This document shows positions 1-9,210 of a DNA stretch of 47,204 nt, one piece after another. Numbering within the stretch: the first letter of the stretch is position 1; the number at the start of each line of letters is the position of its first letter. Location: NCBI GenBank assembly GCA_947627895.1, contig CANQXV010000002.1:1-47204 (forward strand). The letters run 5' to 3'. The notes beneath the pieces were generated by a model, which was given only the letters and a program-made list of their open reading frames with translations, was not told the DNA's origin and made no database searches. Source of the stretch: an uncultured Bacilli bacterium (GTDB taxonomy: Bacteria > Bacillota_I > Bacilli_A > RF39 > UBA660). A program made the translations under genes and the position numbers.

Positions 1-56
1 CACTTCCTGAGCAGGATTTCCACCTGCTAAATTATAAGACCTTAACCTGGTCGCAC

Positions 57-77
57 TATATATATATATATATATAT
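57..77. repeat. (TA)10 dinucleotide microsatellite
   Basis: Uninterrupted tatata run read directly. On the minus strand it starts right after a TTGCAT hexamer (76-81). Confidence 0.9.
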
Positions 78-167
78 GCAAGGGGTAAATTCAATTTTTT
101 TAAAAAATTTTTTCAATAAATTGTTGTCATTAGGAGAATTTTTAAGTTAATGAAAAAAAGAAAAAAT

Positions 168-199
168 TACCAAAAGAAAAAACATCAATTTGATGTTTC
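168..199 (-). terminator. Rho-independent terminator of the activase operon
   Basis: Minus-strand hairpin AAACATC-aaatt-GATGTTT followed by TTTTCTTTTGG, a few nt after the stop codon at 203-205. Confidence 0.75.
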
Positions 200-202
200 A
201 CT

Positions 203-1162
203 TTAAATTTTAGCTTTTACTTTAATAGCACCTTTATCGCATTTATTTCCCCAGGCATCAATTAAGACACCATCTTTATAAATGCAAATTCGCTCACAGT
301 TATTGGCACAACCTTTGCATTCAATTCCTTTCGTTTCAAAAACAACATCTTCAATATTAAAATTAAAATCGACTTCTTTTTCTTTTTGGGAAAGAATAGC
401 AACACCTAGGGCACCCATCAAATGAGAATTAGGGTCAACAATTATTTTTTCACCCGTGGCATCTTCAAAAGCTTTAATAACTCCGACATTTTTAGAAACG
501 CCACCTTGGAATACAATTGGAGGACATATTTTTTTACCCTTTCCAACATTATTTAGATAGTTATTAACAACCGCCTTACAAAGACCAGCGACAATATCTT
601 CTTTTTTATAACCTATTTGAGCTTTATGAACTAAATCACTTTCAGCAAAAACCGTACACCGGGCGGCAATATTCGTAGGATTCTTACTTTTTAAAGCCAG
701 TTCGCCAAATTCTTCAACTTCCATTCCCAGCCTTTTGGATTGACTAGATAAGAAAGACCCTGTTCCCGCGGCACATAAAGTATTCATAGCATAATCTACC
801 ACTATTCCTTTATCTAAAATGATTATTTTGGAGTCTTGGCCTCCAATTTCAAAAATAGTTTTAACATCAGGATATAAAGAAAGCGTTCCGATGGCATGCG
901 CCGTAATTTCGTTTTTAACAACATTGGCACCTAGAATAACCCCAATAAGTTTTCGGGCCGAACCAGTTGTGCCTACCCCTACTACTTTATATTTATGATG
1001 ATCTAATTGTTTCTTTAAAATAGCAATTAATCTTTTAACAGCCCCGATTGGGTCGCCTTCCGTCCATATATATTCACTCGCTAAAACATTTTTATCGGCA
1101 TCAATAATAATTCCTTTCGTGGAAATGGAACCAATATCAACTCCCATATAAGCTTTTTTCAT
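203..1162 (-). CDS. BadF/BadG/BcrA/BcrD-type ATPase, 2-hydroxyacyl-CoA dehydratase activator-like (HgdC family) with C-terminal Cys-rich tail
   Basis: Actin-like ATPase N-terminus MGVDIGSISTKG. Cys contexts NTLCAAGTGSF and ARCTVFAESD are typical of the bridging Fe-S cluster. Extra tail CKGCANNCERIC...C. ATGA overlap with the upstream gene. Confidence 0.85.
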   Translation of the reverse strand: MKKAYMGVDIGSISTKGIIIDADKNVLASEYIWTEGDPIGAVKRLIAILKKQLDHHKYKVVGVGTTGSARKLIGVILGANVVKNEITAHAIGTLSLYPDVKTIFEIGGQDSKIIILDKGIVVDYAMNTLCAAGTGSFLSSQSKRLGMEVEEFGELALKSKNPTNIAARCTVFAESDLVHKAQIGYKKEDIVAGLCKAVVNNYLNNVGKGKKICPPIVFQGGVSKNVGVIKAFEDATGEKIIVDPNSHLMGALGVAILSQKEKEVDFNFNIEDVVFETKGIECKGCANNCERICIYKDGVLIDAWGNKCDKGAIKVKAKI

Positions 1163-2229
1163 TTTTCCTTTTCTTCCTTTCGCATCATAATCATATCATA
1201 AAAAGCCTCTATTCTCGTATTAATACCTACATCTGAAGTTTGAGTATCAAAACTAAAATAAATAATTGGAATTTTATAATCTTCACTTATTTTTTGTAAA
1301 ACCGGCATTGTATCAATCTCCGGTGTGCAACCAAAACTTTTAACATGAATTATCCCATCGCAACCTTCTTTAGCGTAGTCGATGGCTTTTTTAATAGTAT
1401 ACATTGCCGTTGCTCCCATATCAAAACGGGCATATTTTTTAATACTTTGTTTTACTTCTTTCGCATAATTATGGAAAATAGTATTAGAAATATTCATCCA
1501 TCTTTCGATAATTATACCTTTTTTAGCCAATTCTTTTTCCATATAGTGATTAGAATATTCATCCATAATCGTATAATATTCGCCAATAATTCCTACTTTT
1601 AAAGGATTCTTTACTTTTTTAACCTCTAATTTTTTAAATTTGCGCATATACAATTTATATATAATGGCTAGTTCTTTTTTATCGGAAACATCTTTTAAAT
1701 CATCTAAAAAGTCTTCATGTAATTTTTGAAAAGAACCTTCAACAACTTCGAAACCCACATTTTCGCGAATAAAATCTTCTACTTTATCAATCACCTCAAC
1801 CATCTTAATGGCGAGTAGAGTTGCTTGAGCCACCTTTTTCACATTCATATTGGGATTTATTTTTTTAAATTCTTCATAAAAAGTTAAAGGCTTATTAAAA
1901 TTAGCATTGGCCATATTAACAAATTTAACATGATAACCTAAATCTTTTAGAATTTGTTCATGCAATTCCCCATAGTAACCAAGTCTACAAGCACCACCTA
2001 CTTGAATTAAGGTATCGGCTCCAGCTTCAATAGCTTCAATATAACCACCTAATTGATATTTAAAAGGGGTACAAACAAAATCCGGTGAATATTTAGCTCC
2101 CAGTTCAATCGTCTTTTTGGTAATCGGTGGAGCATCAACATATTCACAATCTAGGCCTTTCGTTATAATATGAGCAACTGCCACATTATAAGAACCGAGA
2201 CGAGGAAAATTAACTTTAGATACTGCCAT
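1159..2229 (-). CDS. Activase-associated / 2-hydroxyacyl-CoA dehydratase-like subunit (uncharacterised family)
   Basis: Translationally coupled between a DUF2229-like protein and the activase. GIIGEYYT and HVKSFGCTPE segments resemble the C-terminal halves of large 'CoA-substrate-specific enzyme activase' proteins. Confidence 0.55.
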   Translation of the reverse strand: MAVSKVNFPRLGSYNVAVAHIITKGLDCEYVDAPPITKKTIELGAKYSPDFVCTPFKYQLGGYIEAIEAGADTLIQVGGACRLGYYGELHEQILKDLGYHVKFVNMANANFNKPLTFYEEFKKINPNMNVKKVAQATLLAIKMVEVIDKVEDFIRENVGFEVVEGSFQKLHEDFLDDLKDVSDKKELAIIYKLYMRKFKKLEVKKVKNPLKVGIIGEYYTIMDEYSNHYMEKELAKKGIIIERWMNISNTIFHNYAKEVKQSIKKYARFDMGATAMYTIKKAIDYAKEGCDGIIHVKSFGCTPEIDTMPVLQKISEDYKIPIIYFSFDTQTSDVGINTRIEAFYDMIMMRKEEKEK

Positions 2230-3157
2230 TTGTAACTTCCTCCTTTTCTTCTTTTTGAATTTTAATTATATCTACAAAACTTTCTAGTCTCGTTTCTAAC
2301 CCGGCAGTTCCTTCTTGACCATCTAAAACTAAACTAATAATCGGTTTTTCTTTAAATCGTCTAATAACCATTTCATTAACTAAGGAATCTGGTCCACAAG
2401 GAAATGAAGAAACCAAAATAATTCCATCAACTTGATCCTTATAAATATCAATAGCCCCGACCAGTTCTTTATTAAAAGTCCAAGGCAAAGTACGACTAAT
2501 ATTTTTAGCTCTTTCCCGAGCTTTCTTTTCATCGACAATAGAAGCTAAAATCACTTCACAATCAAGTTCATGCAATATATCTTGCAAAGGTTTACCAATA
2601 AATTCATCATTAATATTATAAGGATGCGCTACTACAAGTATTTTTAAATTGGAACTAGCTAGTAATAATTTTTGATTATTTAAATCAATCATCTTCGCGG
2701 TTTTTTCCGCTTGTTTGGCAATATAATACGCTTTTAGGATTTGGGCCTTATTTTTGCCTAAAAATTTACCCATCTTTAAAAAGGCTTTTAATTCCGTATC
2801 TTTATTTTCGACATCGATACTATAATATAAAATCTTTAAATTTTTATCGCGATAAGTATTATTTACCACATCATAAATCGCTTGAAACTTAGAACAAACA
2901 ATATCTTTATTAGTCCCTAAAGATGCAATTCGGGGGATAAATAAATAATCACATTTAGGTATTAAGTAATCAACATGCCCCATGAAAATCTTACTAGGTA
3001 AACAAGCTTCATCAATGGCTTGCATTGTTCCTTTTCTAATTATGTCTTTATTAGTTTTAGGACTAACAATATAATCAATTCCTAATTCTTCAAAAAAAGT
3101 TTCCCATAAAACATGATATTTATAATATAAAAATCCCCGCGGTATTCCTATCTTCAT
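2216..3157 (-). CDS. Activase-associated DUF2229-like protein
   Basis: N-terminus MKIGIPRGFLYYKYHVLWETFFEELG matches the pattern I recall for DUF2229 (kiGiPraL.yy..yplW..FF.eLG). First gene of the three-gene operon, with SD AAAGGTGG. Confidence 0.55.
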   Translation of the reverse strand: MKIGIPRGFLYYKYHVLWETFFEELGIDYIVSPKTNKDIIRKGTMQAIDEACLPSKIFMGHVDYLIPKCDYLFIPRIASLGTNKDIVCSKFQAIYDVVNNTYRDKNLKILYYSIDVENKDTELKAFLKMGKFLGKNKAQILKAYYIAKQAEKTAKMIDLNNQKLLLASSNLKILVVAHPYNINDEFIGKPLQDILHELDCEVILASIVDEKKARERAKNISRTLPWTFNKELVGAIDIYKDQVDGIILVSSFPCGPDSLVNEMVIRRFKEKPIISLVLDGQEGTAGLETRLESFVDIIKIQKEEKEEVTNGSI

Positions 3158-3254
3158 CCTAAACCACCTTTCTTATTGTACCATATAATTAGTCTTTTTA
3201 AAAATTTTTATCTTTTTAAAAATTAAAAAGAGACTAATAATTAGCCCCTTTGAA

Positions 3255-5579
3255 CTATTCCATTATTTCTAAATTATGGTCTTTAACATGAGCCATAAAA
3301 CGATCTTTAAATGTTTGTAAATCTTTAGGTTCCAAAGTTTTATTATTGCTGCCTAAAGTATAACGAATTGTATATTTATTTTCATAAGTTCCGACAAGTT
3401 CTCTTTTTTTAATTAAATTAGATTTAAAATCAGCAAGAACAGTTTCAATATCTGCATATTTTCCCCTTTTCACAATAATTGTATAATCAAGACTTACAAC
3501 AGGATATTTACTTACTTCTTCGACTAAAACTGGATTTTTAGCTAAAGCTACGTATTTATCAAAGTCTACTTCTATTGTAACAATTGTTTTCTTTTTGGCA
3601 ATTTTAGTCGCATACTTTTGGGAAAGAACATTAATTGTTCCAATGGTATCATCGGCAACTAAAACTTTTTTGGCTAATGAGCCATCATAGTAACTAGCAA
3701 CATCTTTATTTGGCATAATTTTAACATTCACATTTTTTAAGGAAGCAAAAATATATTTTGTAATTTGTTTTGCTCCATTATAAAGTTTTTCTAAAGCACT
3801 TTCATCGGAAACTAAGATAATACTTAAACGACGATAAGATTCTTTTTTCTTAAATACTGATCCAATTTCAAAGATACCAAAACTAGCATAATTTTTATAA
3901 TTAAAATTAACAATATTCATTAAAGATAAACTTAAATCATCCCGTAAAATATTATTTTCATTTTTACCTAATAACTTAATACCTTCTTTAGTTAAATCAA
4001 GTTCTTTTAATAAAGAAGTATCATACCAAATATAACTATGCACTTCATGCATATTATATTTCGTTGCAAGCAAGCGTTTAACTTCATATTCTTGAGTAAA
4101 TACATTTTCATGTTCTTTAGGTGATAACTCTAATTTTAAAGGTTTAGGTTCAAAGTTTTCAAAACCATATAACCTAGCAATTTCTTCAATTAAGTCTTGT
4201 TCAATAAAAACATCTTTAGTATGTCTATATGTTGGTACTGTTACCTCATAACTGTTTTTAGCAACCTCTACTTTAAAACCTAATTTTTCTAAATACATTT
4301 TAACATCAGCATCTGGTAAAACACGACCCATATAAGTTGCTAAAGTTTTCTTTTGTAAACTAATATGGCCTTCTGTTAAAACAAAAGGATAAACATCTGT
4401 CAAATTAGAAGCAATTACTAAATCGGGATTTTCTTGTCGTAATAAATATAGCAACCGTTTTAGGGCCATATCAGTCATATTAGGATCAAGTGATTTTTCG
4501 TATCTGGCTGATGCTTCTGTTCTAAGTCCCAAAGCAACTGCCGTTTTCCTAATTGAACCGGCATTAAAGGTTGCACTTTCTAAGAATACAGAAGTCGTAT
4601 CAGGTAAAATTTCACTATCTAAACCACCCATAACTCCAGCGATACCAAAGTATTTTGAACCATTTTTAATCATTAACATATCGTGAGTTAGTTTTCTTTC
4701 CACTCCATCTAAGGTTGTATAAACATCGCCATCTTTGGCCGTATCTACTTCAATACTTTTAACAACTCGGGCATCAAAAGCATGCATTGGTTGACCAAGT
4801 TCTAACATTAAATAGTTAGTTAAATCAACTAAAAGGGAAATAGACCGCATACCAACATAGTATAAAAATATTTGCATATCTAAAGGCGTTTGATTATTGG
4901 TAATATTTTCTAATTTTAAACCACAGTAACGATAACATAAATCTTTATTTTTAATGGTAATATCTAAATCTTGTTTATCATTTTTAACTTCTTCAACATC
5001 TAAAGGTAAAAGTTCATGATTAGTTATCGCCGCAATTTCCCGAGCAATACCATAATGGCCCCATAAATCTGGGCGGTTAGTTAATGATTTATTATCAATT
5101 TCGACAATAATATCATCAATTGGCAAATAAGATTTAATATCGCGACCATTTTCCCATTCAGTTGGAAGTTCTAATATACCATCATGGTTATCAGAAATTG
5201 AAAGTTCTCTACCACTACAGCACATTCCATTAGATACAACACCTCTTAAAGGTCTTGCTGTAATTTTAACATCATCAATCCGGCCTCCCACTTTAACTAA
5301 AGCAGTTTTTAAACCAACTCGCACATTAGGGGCCCCACAGACAACTTGAATTAAATCTTTTTCCCCCGCATCAACTTGTAAAATATGCATATGGTCACTA
5401 TCAGGGTGTGCCACACATTCTTTAATTTCGGCAACAACTACGCCTTCAAAAGAATTACCAACAACTCGAACATCTTCAACCTCGGCAGTTCTAATGGTAA
5501 AAGTATCCCATATTTGAAGCCAATTAATATCATCACTATTTTTAATATGCGTTTTTAATTTATTACAAGATATTAACAT
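3255..5579 (-). CDS. pheT: Phenylalanine--tRNA ligase beta subunit
   Basis: 774 aa. tRNA-binding N-terminal domain, B3/4 and B5 regions and a C-terminal FDX-ACB-like domain are recognisable. It lies directly downstream of pheS. Confidence 0.97.
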   Translation of the reverse strand: MLISCNKLKTHIKNSDDINWLQIWDTFTIRTAEVEDVRVVGNSFEGVVVAEIKECVAHPDSDHMHILQVDAGEKDLIQVVCGAPNVRVGLKTALVKVGGRIDDVKITARPLRGVVSNGMCCSGRELSISDNHDGILELPTEWENGRDIKSYLPIDDIIVEIDNKSLTNRPDLWGHYGIAREIAAITNHELLPLDVEEVKNDKQDLDITIKNKDLCYRYCGLKLENITNNQTPLDMQIFLYYVGMRSISLLVDLTNYLMLELGQPMHAFDARVVKSIEVDTAKDGDVYTTLDGVERKLTHDMLMIKNGSKYFGIAGVMGGLDSEILPDTTSVFLESATFNAGSIRKTAVALGLRTEASARYEKSLDPNMTDMALKRLLYLLRQENPDLVIASNLTDVYPFVLTEGHISLQKKTLATYMGRVLPDADVKMYLEKLGFKVEVAKNSYEVTVPTYRHTKDVFIEQDLIEEIARLYGFENFEPKPLKLELSPKEHENVFTQEYEVKRLLATKYNMHEVHSYIWYDTSLLKELDLTKEGIKLLGKNENNILRDDLSLSLMNIVNFNYKNYASFGIFEIGSVFKKKESYRRLSIILVSDESALEKLYNGAKQITKYIFASLKNVNVKIMPNKDVASYYDGSLAKKVLVADDTIGTINVLSQKYATKIAKKKTIVTIEVDFDKYVALAKNPVLVEEVSKYPVVSLDYTIIVKRGKYADIETVLADFKSNLIKKRELVGTYENKYTIRYTLGSNNKTLEPKDLQTFKDRFMAHVKDHNLEIME

Positions 5580-5590
5580 TTTAACTCTCC

Positions 5591-6598
5591 TTAATCTATT
5601 TTAAAGTTTTCTAAGTATCTAATATCACCGGCATTAAATACCCGAATATCTTTAATTTTATATTTCATCATAGCAAGCCTAGTTAGGCCTAAACCAAAAG
5701 CAAAACCATTATATACTTCCGGGTCAATACCACCTGCTCTTAAAACATTTGGATGCACCATTCCACCCGGCACTAATTCAATCCAACCACTATTTTTGCA
5801 TGTAGGACAACCCTTGCCACCACAGATTAGGCAACTACAATCAAGTTCATAACTAGGTTCGGTGAAAGGAAAGAACCCAGGCCGTAAACGTACCTTCACA
5901 TCAGTATGAAAAACTTCCCGAAGTAATTCTTGCATAACTCCAACTAAATTTTCAATTGAGATATTTTTATCAATAACCATACCCTCTAATTGAAAGAAAG
6001 TATTTTCATGAGATGCATCTAGATCCTCGTTTCGAAAAACCCGACCAGGAACACATATTCTTAGAGGTGCACCATATTTTTCCATGGCTTTAACTTGAAC
6101 CCCACTGGTATGGGTCCGAAGCAACATTTCATTATCTAAATAATAAGTATCTTGCATATCCCGCGCCGGATGGTCTTTCGGAATATTTAAAGCTTCAAAA
6201 TTATAAAATTCACTATCCATTTCAGGACCAGCCACAATCGTAAATCCCATCTTCTTTAAACAATCTGTTACTTCTTTAGCTACAATCGTAACGGGATGCA
6301 AAGACCCCATTTTAACATCATAATCTAAGGTATCATCAAAATTAACATCTAAAGTATTCCCTAAATTTTCTAAATATTCATTAGCAATTCTTTCTAAATC
6401 TTTTTTCGTGTTATTAATAAGACTTCCATATTTTCTCTTATCATCAACATTCATATCTTTTAAAGATGCCATTATTTCCATTATTCGACTTTTCTTACCC
6501 ACATATTTTGACTTAACATTTAAAACATCGGCTTCCTTAGTACAGCTACTTAATTCTTTTTGTAAATCTGTAACTAACGTTTTTAATTCTTCTTCCAT
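5591..6598 (-). CDS. pheS: Phenylalanine--tRNA ligase alpha subunit
   Basis: Class II aaRS motifs (HPARDMQDTYY, FRNE, GFAFGLGLTRLAM). SD AAAGGAGGAAAA before the ATG. Confidence 0.97.
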   Translation of the reverse strand: MEEELKTLVTDLQKELSSCTKEADVLNVKSKYVGKKSRIMEIMASLKDMNVDDKRKYGSLINNTKKDLERIANEYLENLGNTLDVNFDDTLDYDVKMGSLHPVTIVAKEVTDCLKKMGFTIVAGPEMDSEFYNFEALNIPKDHPARDMQDTYYLDNEMLLRTHTSGVQVKAMEKYGAPLRICVPGRVFRNEDLDASHENTFFQLEGMVIDKNISIENLVGVMQELLREVFHTDVKVRLRPGFFPFTEPSYELDCSCLICGGKGCPTCKNSGWIELVPGGMVHPNVLRAGGIDPEVYNGFAFGLGLTRLAMMKYKIKDIRVFNAGDIRYLENFKID

Positions 6599-6601
6599 TT
6601 T

Positions 6602-6835
6602 TCCTCCTTTAAATAAAAAAATTCATAAACTTTTAGTTAAGGACGAACTTTCTAATCCGCGGTACCACCTTAGTTTATGAATTAATCATACACTTTAAAT
6701 TATAAGGGATTTATCCCGATTTTACTCCCCAAGTGAAATTCATTTTATTAATATTTAAAACACTCTCACCACTTATGTTTTTCTCTTTATAAAGGGATTA
6801 ATAAAACTACTAAATCCTGGTTCTTGGTAATTTCG
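6602..6835 (-). promoter_or_regulatory. T-box leader (Phe-specific) with terminator/antiterminator
   Basis: The minus strand carries the T-box core AGGTGGTACCGCGG (6657-6670). Terminator arms TTCATAAACT/AGTTTATGAA (about 6672-6682 and 6621-6632) are followed by TTTTTTT. Candidate specifier UUC-A is at about 6734-6737. GGTGAGAG and AGAGA-like stem I elements are present. Confidence 0.85.
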
Positions 6836-6841
6836 TTATTT

Positions 6842-6870
6842 ATTCTATCAATTATTTAATAAATTTGCAA
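6842..6870 (-). promoter_or_regulatory. Sigma-A-type promoter of the pheST leader
   Basis: TTGCAA (6865-6870), 17 nt spacer, TAGAAT (6842-6847) on the minus strand. Confidence 0.6.
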
Positions 6871-6872
6871 CC

Positions 6873-7334
6873 TTAATCGCAAATTCCTTCTAAACGTTCT
6901 TGTTCATCTTTAAATTCTGAATATAATAATGTTTGATCATCGCCTTCAAAGTCTTTAGTTGCATCAATTTCATCACCAATAGCATATAATAACATTAATT
7001 CATCTTCATCTTTTTCCAAAATTTTACTTACATTGGTATTAAGCATGTCATTATAAGCCTCTCTACTTGTGAATTTATATTGACTTACATTTTGCATTGT
7101 TACAATTCTGTCATCTTCAACTTTCATATAAGTAATCATATTTAATGAATAACTAGCATCTGGTAAATCCATTTGCATTTCACATTTTTTATCATATTCT
7201 GAAAAACTATAATGTTCTTTCTTTTCTCCAGATTTACCCTTAATTACTAAAAAGTAAACTGCCAAAACAATAATTAAAATAACAACTATAATAATTAAAA
7301 TTATAGGTAACATTTTATTTTTAGTTTTTTCCAT
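6873..7334 (-). CDS. Single-pass membrane protein, last gene of the Tad-like operon
   Basis: N-terminal TM LPIILIIIVVILIIVLAVYFLVI followed by an acidic extracytoplasmic domain. SD AAAAGGAAGAG. No recognisable family. Confidence 0.6.
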   Translation of the reverse strand: MEKTKNKMLPIILIIIVVILIIVLAVYFLVIKGKSGEKKEHYSFSEYDKKCEMQMDLPDASYSLNMITYMKVEDDRIVTMQNVSQYKFTSREAYNDMLNTNVSKILEKDEDELMLLYAIGDEIDATKDFEGDDQTLLYSEFKDEQERLEGICD

Positions 7335-7389
7335 ATCAACTCTTCCTTTTCTTAATTCGATTATAACATAACCATTTTCTAAAGTAAAT

Positions 7390-8376
7390 TTATTTTAAAT
7401 CAGGTAAATCTATCTCAAAATCATCAGTATCTTCTTCAAGCCTAATTATCTTTTCAACTTGACTTACTTCTTTTGGGTCTTCTATATTTTCTTTTTTTAT
7501 TTCTGGCAAATCGTTATTTGAGGTTTCCTCTATTATTTCTGAAGCCAAAGCTGGATTTATTACTAATTCAGATACATTATGTGGTTCTTCAATTACCCCA
7601 TTTTCTTTTGCCAGATTAGGTAAACTATCATTTGTTAAAGCATCCGGTATAGGCATCACTGGCCCTATTACTTTTCTTTTCGTATATGGCAAATATAATT
7701 GCTTATGTAATATTTTTCCTAAAGGACTATTAACATCAATTGCTGAAGTTTGTTCTCTTAATTTTCGAATTAAAGATTTTAAAAGAATAAATAAAGCAAT
7801 ACATAAAATTATTAGAAGCAATCCCGTTGAACTGGCAACCATTGCTTGTAATCTTCCTAAACCAGGTATTTTTAAAGCAACTTTACCAATAATACTATTA
7901 AAATTTACCCAGCCGGTGTCTTCGATTGGATTATAATCACCCTTAGTTTGATAACTATAGGTTCCATCTTCATTTTTAATAATCGAAACAATCCGGTGCG
8001 TAATAGTCATTCCTTTAGTTTCTGGACTATTTGAAATAAAGGTAATAACATCACCTATTTTTAAGTCCTCGGGATCATCTATACGTACATCAACAATTAC
8101 ATCATATACTTTAATATTCGGTGTCATACTTCCGCTCATAATGGAATATAGAGAATATTTAGGTTCAAAATTTCGACCAAAAGCGGAGAATAATTTAGTC
8201 GCTACAAAGTAATAAATAAGGAATGAAGCACATAATAAAAGCAACACAAATAAAGTCCAACTAATAATAGTTGAAATTAAATGAAGGATTTCTTTAGGAT
8301 TTGTTGCTGATTTTATGCTTTTTTCCACATTCCTACACTTCCCTATTGTATATTTATTATATCCAATAAAACCCAA
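7390..8376 (-). CDS. sipW: SipW/archaeal-ER-type signal peptidase I (S26B) with second TM and about 130 aa acidic C-terminal tail
   Basis: Motifs SGSMTP (catalytic Ser box), GDVITF, THRIV (His box) and TKGDYNP..D. TM before the catalytic domain and TM LLLIILCIALFILL after it. The ORF start is a TTG without SD. An in-frame GTG at about 8328 preceded by GGGAAG may be the real start. Confidence 0.8.
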   Translation of the reverse strand: MGFIGYNKYTIGKCRNVEKSIKSATNPKEILHLISTIISWTLFVLLLLCASFLIYYFVATKLFSAFGRNFEPKYSLYSIMSGSMTPNIKVYDVIVDVRIDDPEDLKIGDVITFISNSPETKGMTITHRIVSIIKNEDGTYSYQTKGDYNPIEDTGWVNFNSIIGKVALKIPGLGRLQAMVASSTGLLLIILCIALFILLKSLIRKLREQTSAIDVNSPLGKILHKQLYLPYTKRKVIGPVMPIPDALTNDSLPNLAKENGVIEEPHNVSELVINPALASEIIEETSNNDLPEIKKENIEDPKEVSQVEKIIRLEEDTDDFEIDLPDLK

Positions 8377-8421
8377 AATAGCAATTAGCTACATGAAAAA
8401 AAAGTCCATTTTTGAACTTTT

Positions 8422-9210
8422 TTAGAGACCCATTAGTTTTAAGACGGCGAAGATTAATAAAATCATTAATCCTAAACCAGTGGTGATTAACATACTCATA
8501 GTTTTACCTTCCATCTTTTCTAACCGGTTTTTATATTTAGTTTCCCGTGCTTTTTGTTGTAAAGATGATATAGTTCTTGAAAAAGCAAGAATTTGTTCTT
8601 GTTTTCTTTCTTGACGACCTAAACTTAACCGATATAGGAGCCGCATCATCCGCATAGAATCTCGAACTGGATATTTTCTGGCAAATTCCATATATGGCTC
8701 AATGGTATCATCCCCAGAATTAATAGCATCAATCATTTCTCTTAATCCATCTCTAAATATTTCGGGAGCATCGGCCATACTTTTACCAATTGCAACAGGT
8801 ACTGTATAATGTTGAATTAAAATTTCCAAATTTTTTAAATAATACGGTAACATAGCATCAATAGTATTAATATGTCTAGCATAGTATTTTTTTATATCAT
8901 TATAAGGCATCTTAAAAACAAAGAACCCCGCGACAAAAACTAATAATAATTTAACACTATTAAAATCTTTTAATAAAAGGAATAATACCAATACCATAAC
9001 AATTAAAGCATTTTTAATTCTTTTATTAAATAAGATGTCGGGATTTGTCCCATTACCATACTTAGCCCGCACATAAAAATCCCAGTCACTTTCTTTCATT
9101 TTCATGAAAATCATTTGGTTATCAATAATTAATTGATTAATATTAATTTGACCAGTATACGCCATAATGAAGAAAATGATAAAGGCTAAAATAATAATCT
9201 CTGGTTGCAT
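8422..9210 (-). CDS. TadC-like inner-membrane platform protein (T2SSF-like topology)
   Basis: N-terminal TMs, a central helical soluble domain of about 130 aa, and a C-terminal TM. TAATG coupling to the upstream paralogous-looking gene. Located directly after the CpaF-like ATPase. Confidence 0.55.
   Translation of the reverse strand: MQPEIIILAFIIFFIMAYTGQININQLIIDNQMIFMKMKESDWDFYVRAKYGNGTNPDILFNKRIKNALIVMVLVLFLLLKDFNSVKLLLVFVAGFFVFKMPYNDIKKYYARHINTIDAMLPYYLKNLEILIQHYTVPVAIGKSMADAPEIFRDGLREMIDAINSGDDTIEPYMEFARKYPVRDSMRMMRLLYRLSLGRQERKQEQILAFSRTISSLQQKARETKYKNRLEKMEGKTMSMLITTGLGLMILLIFAVLKLMGL

Noticed and set aside
1-56. Possible tRNA, 5S, SRP, FMN, cobalamin or TPP element suggested by the AGCAGG…CCTGCT hairpin and the GGTGGAAATCC loop
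   Set aside because: I compared it by eye with the consensus cores I remember. There is no TTC T-loop, no GGUCCGGAAGGAAGCAGC SRP core, no GGGAA…CCCGC B12 box and no CUGAGA TPP box, so none fits. The fragment is truncated. It is kept only as an unexplained hairpin within a finding.
3189-3237. AT-rich palindrome TTAGTCTTTTT…AAAAAGAGACTAA between pheT and the activase operon, considered as the pheT terminator
   Set aside because: The stem is almost pure A/T with a loop of about 25 nt. It is not followed by a U-tract on either strand, so it is not convincing as an intrinsic terminator. It may simply be AT-rich spacer symmetry.
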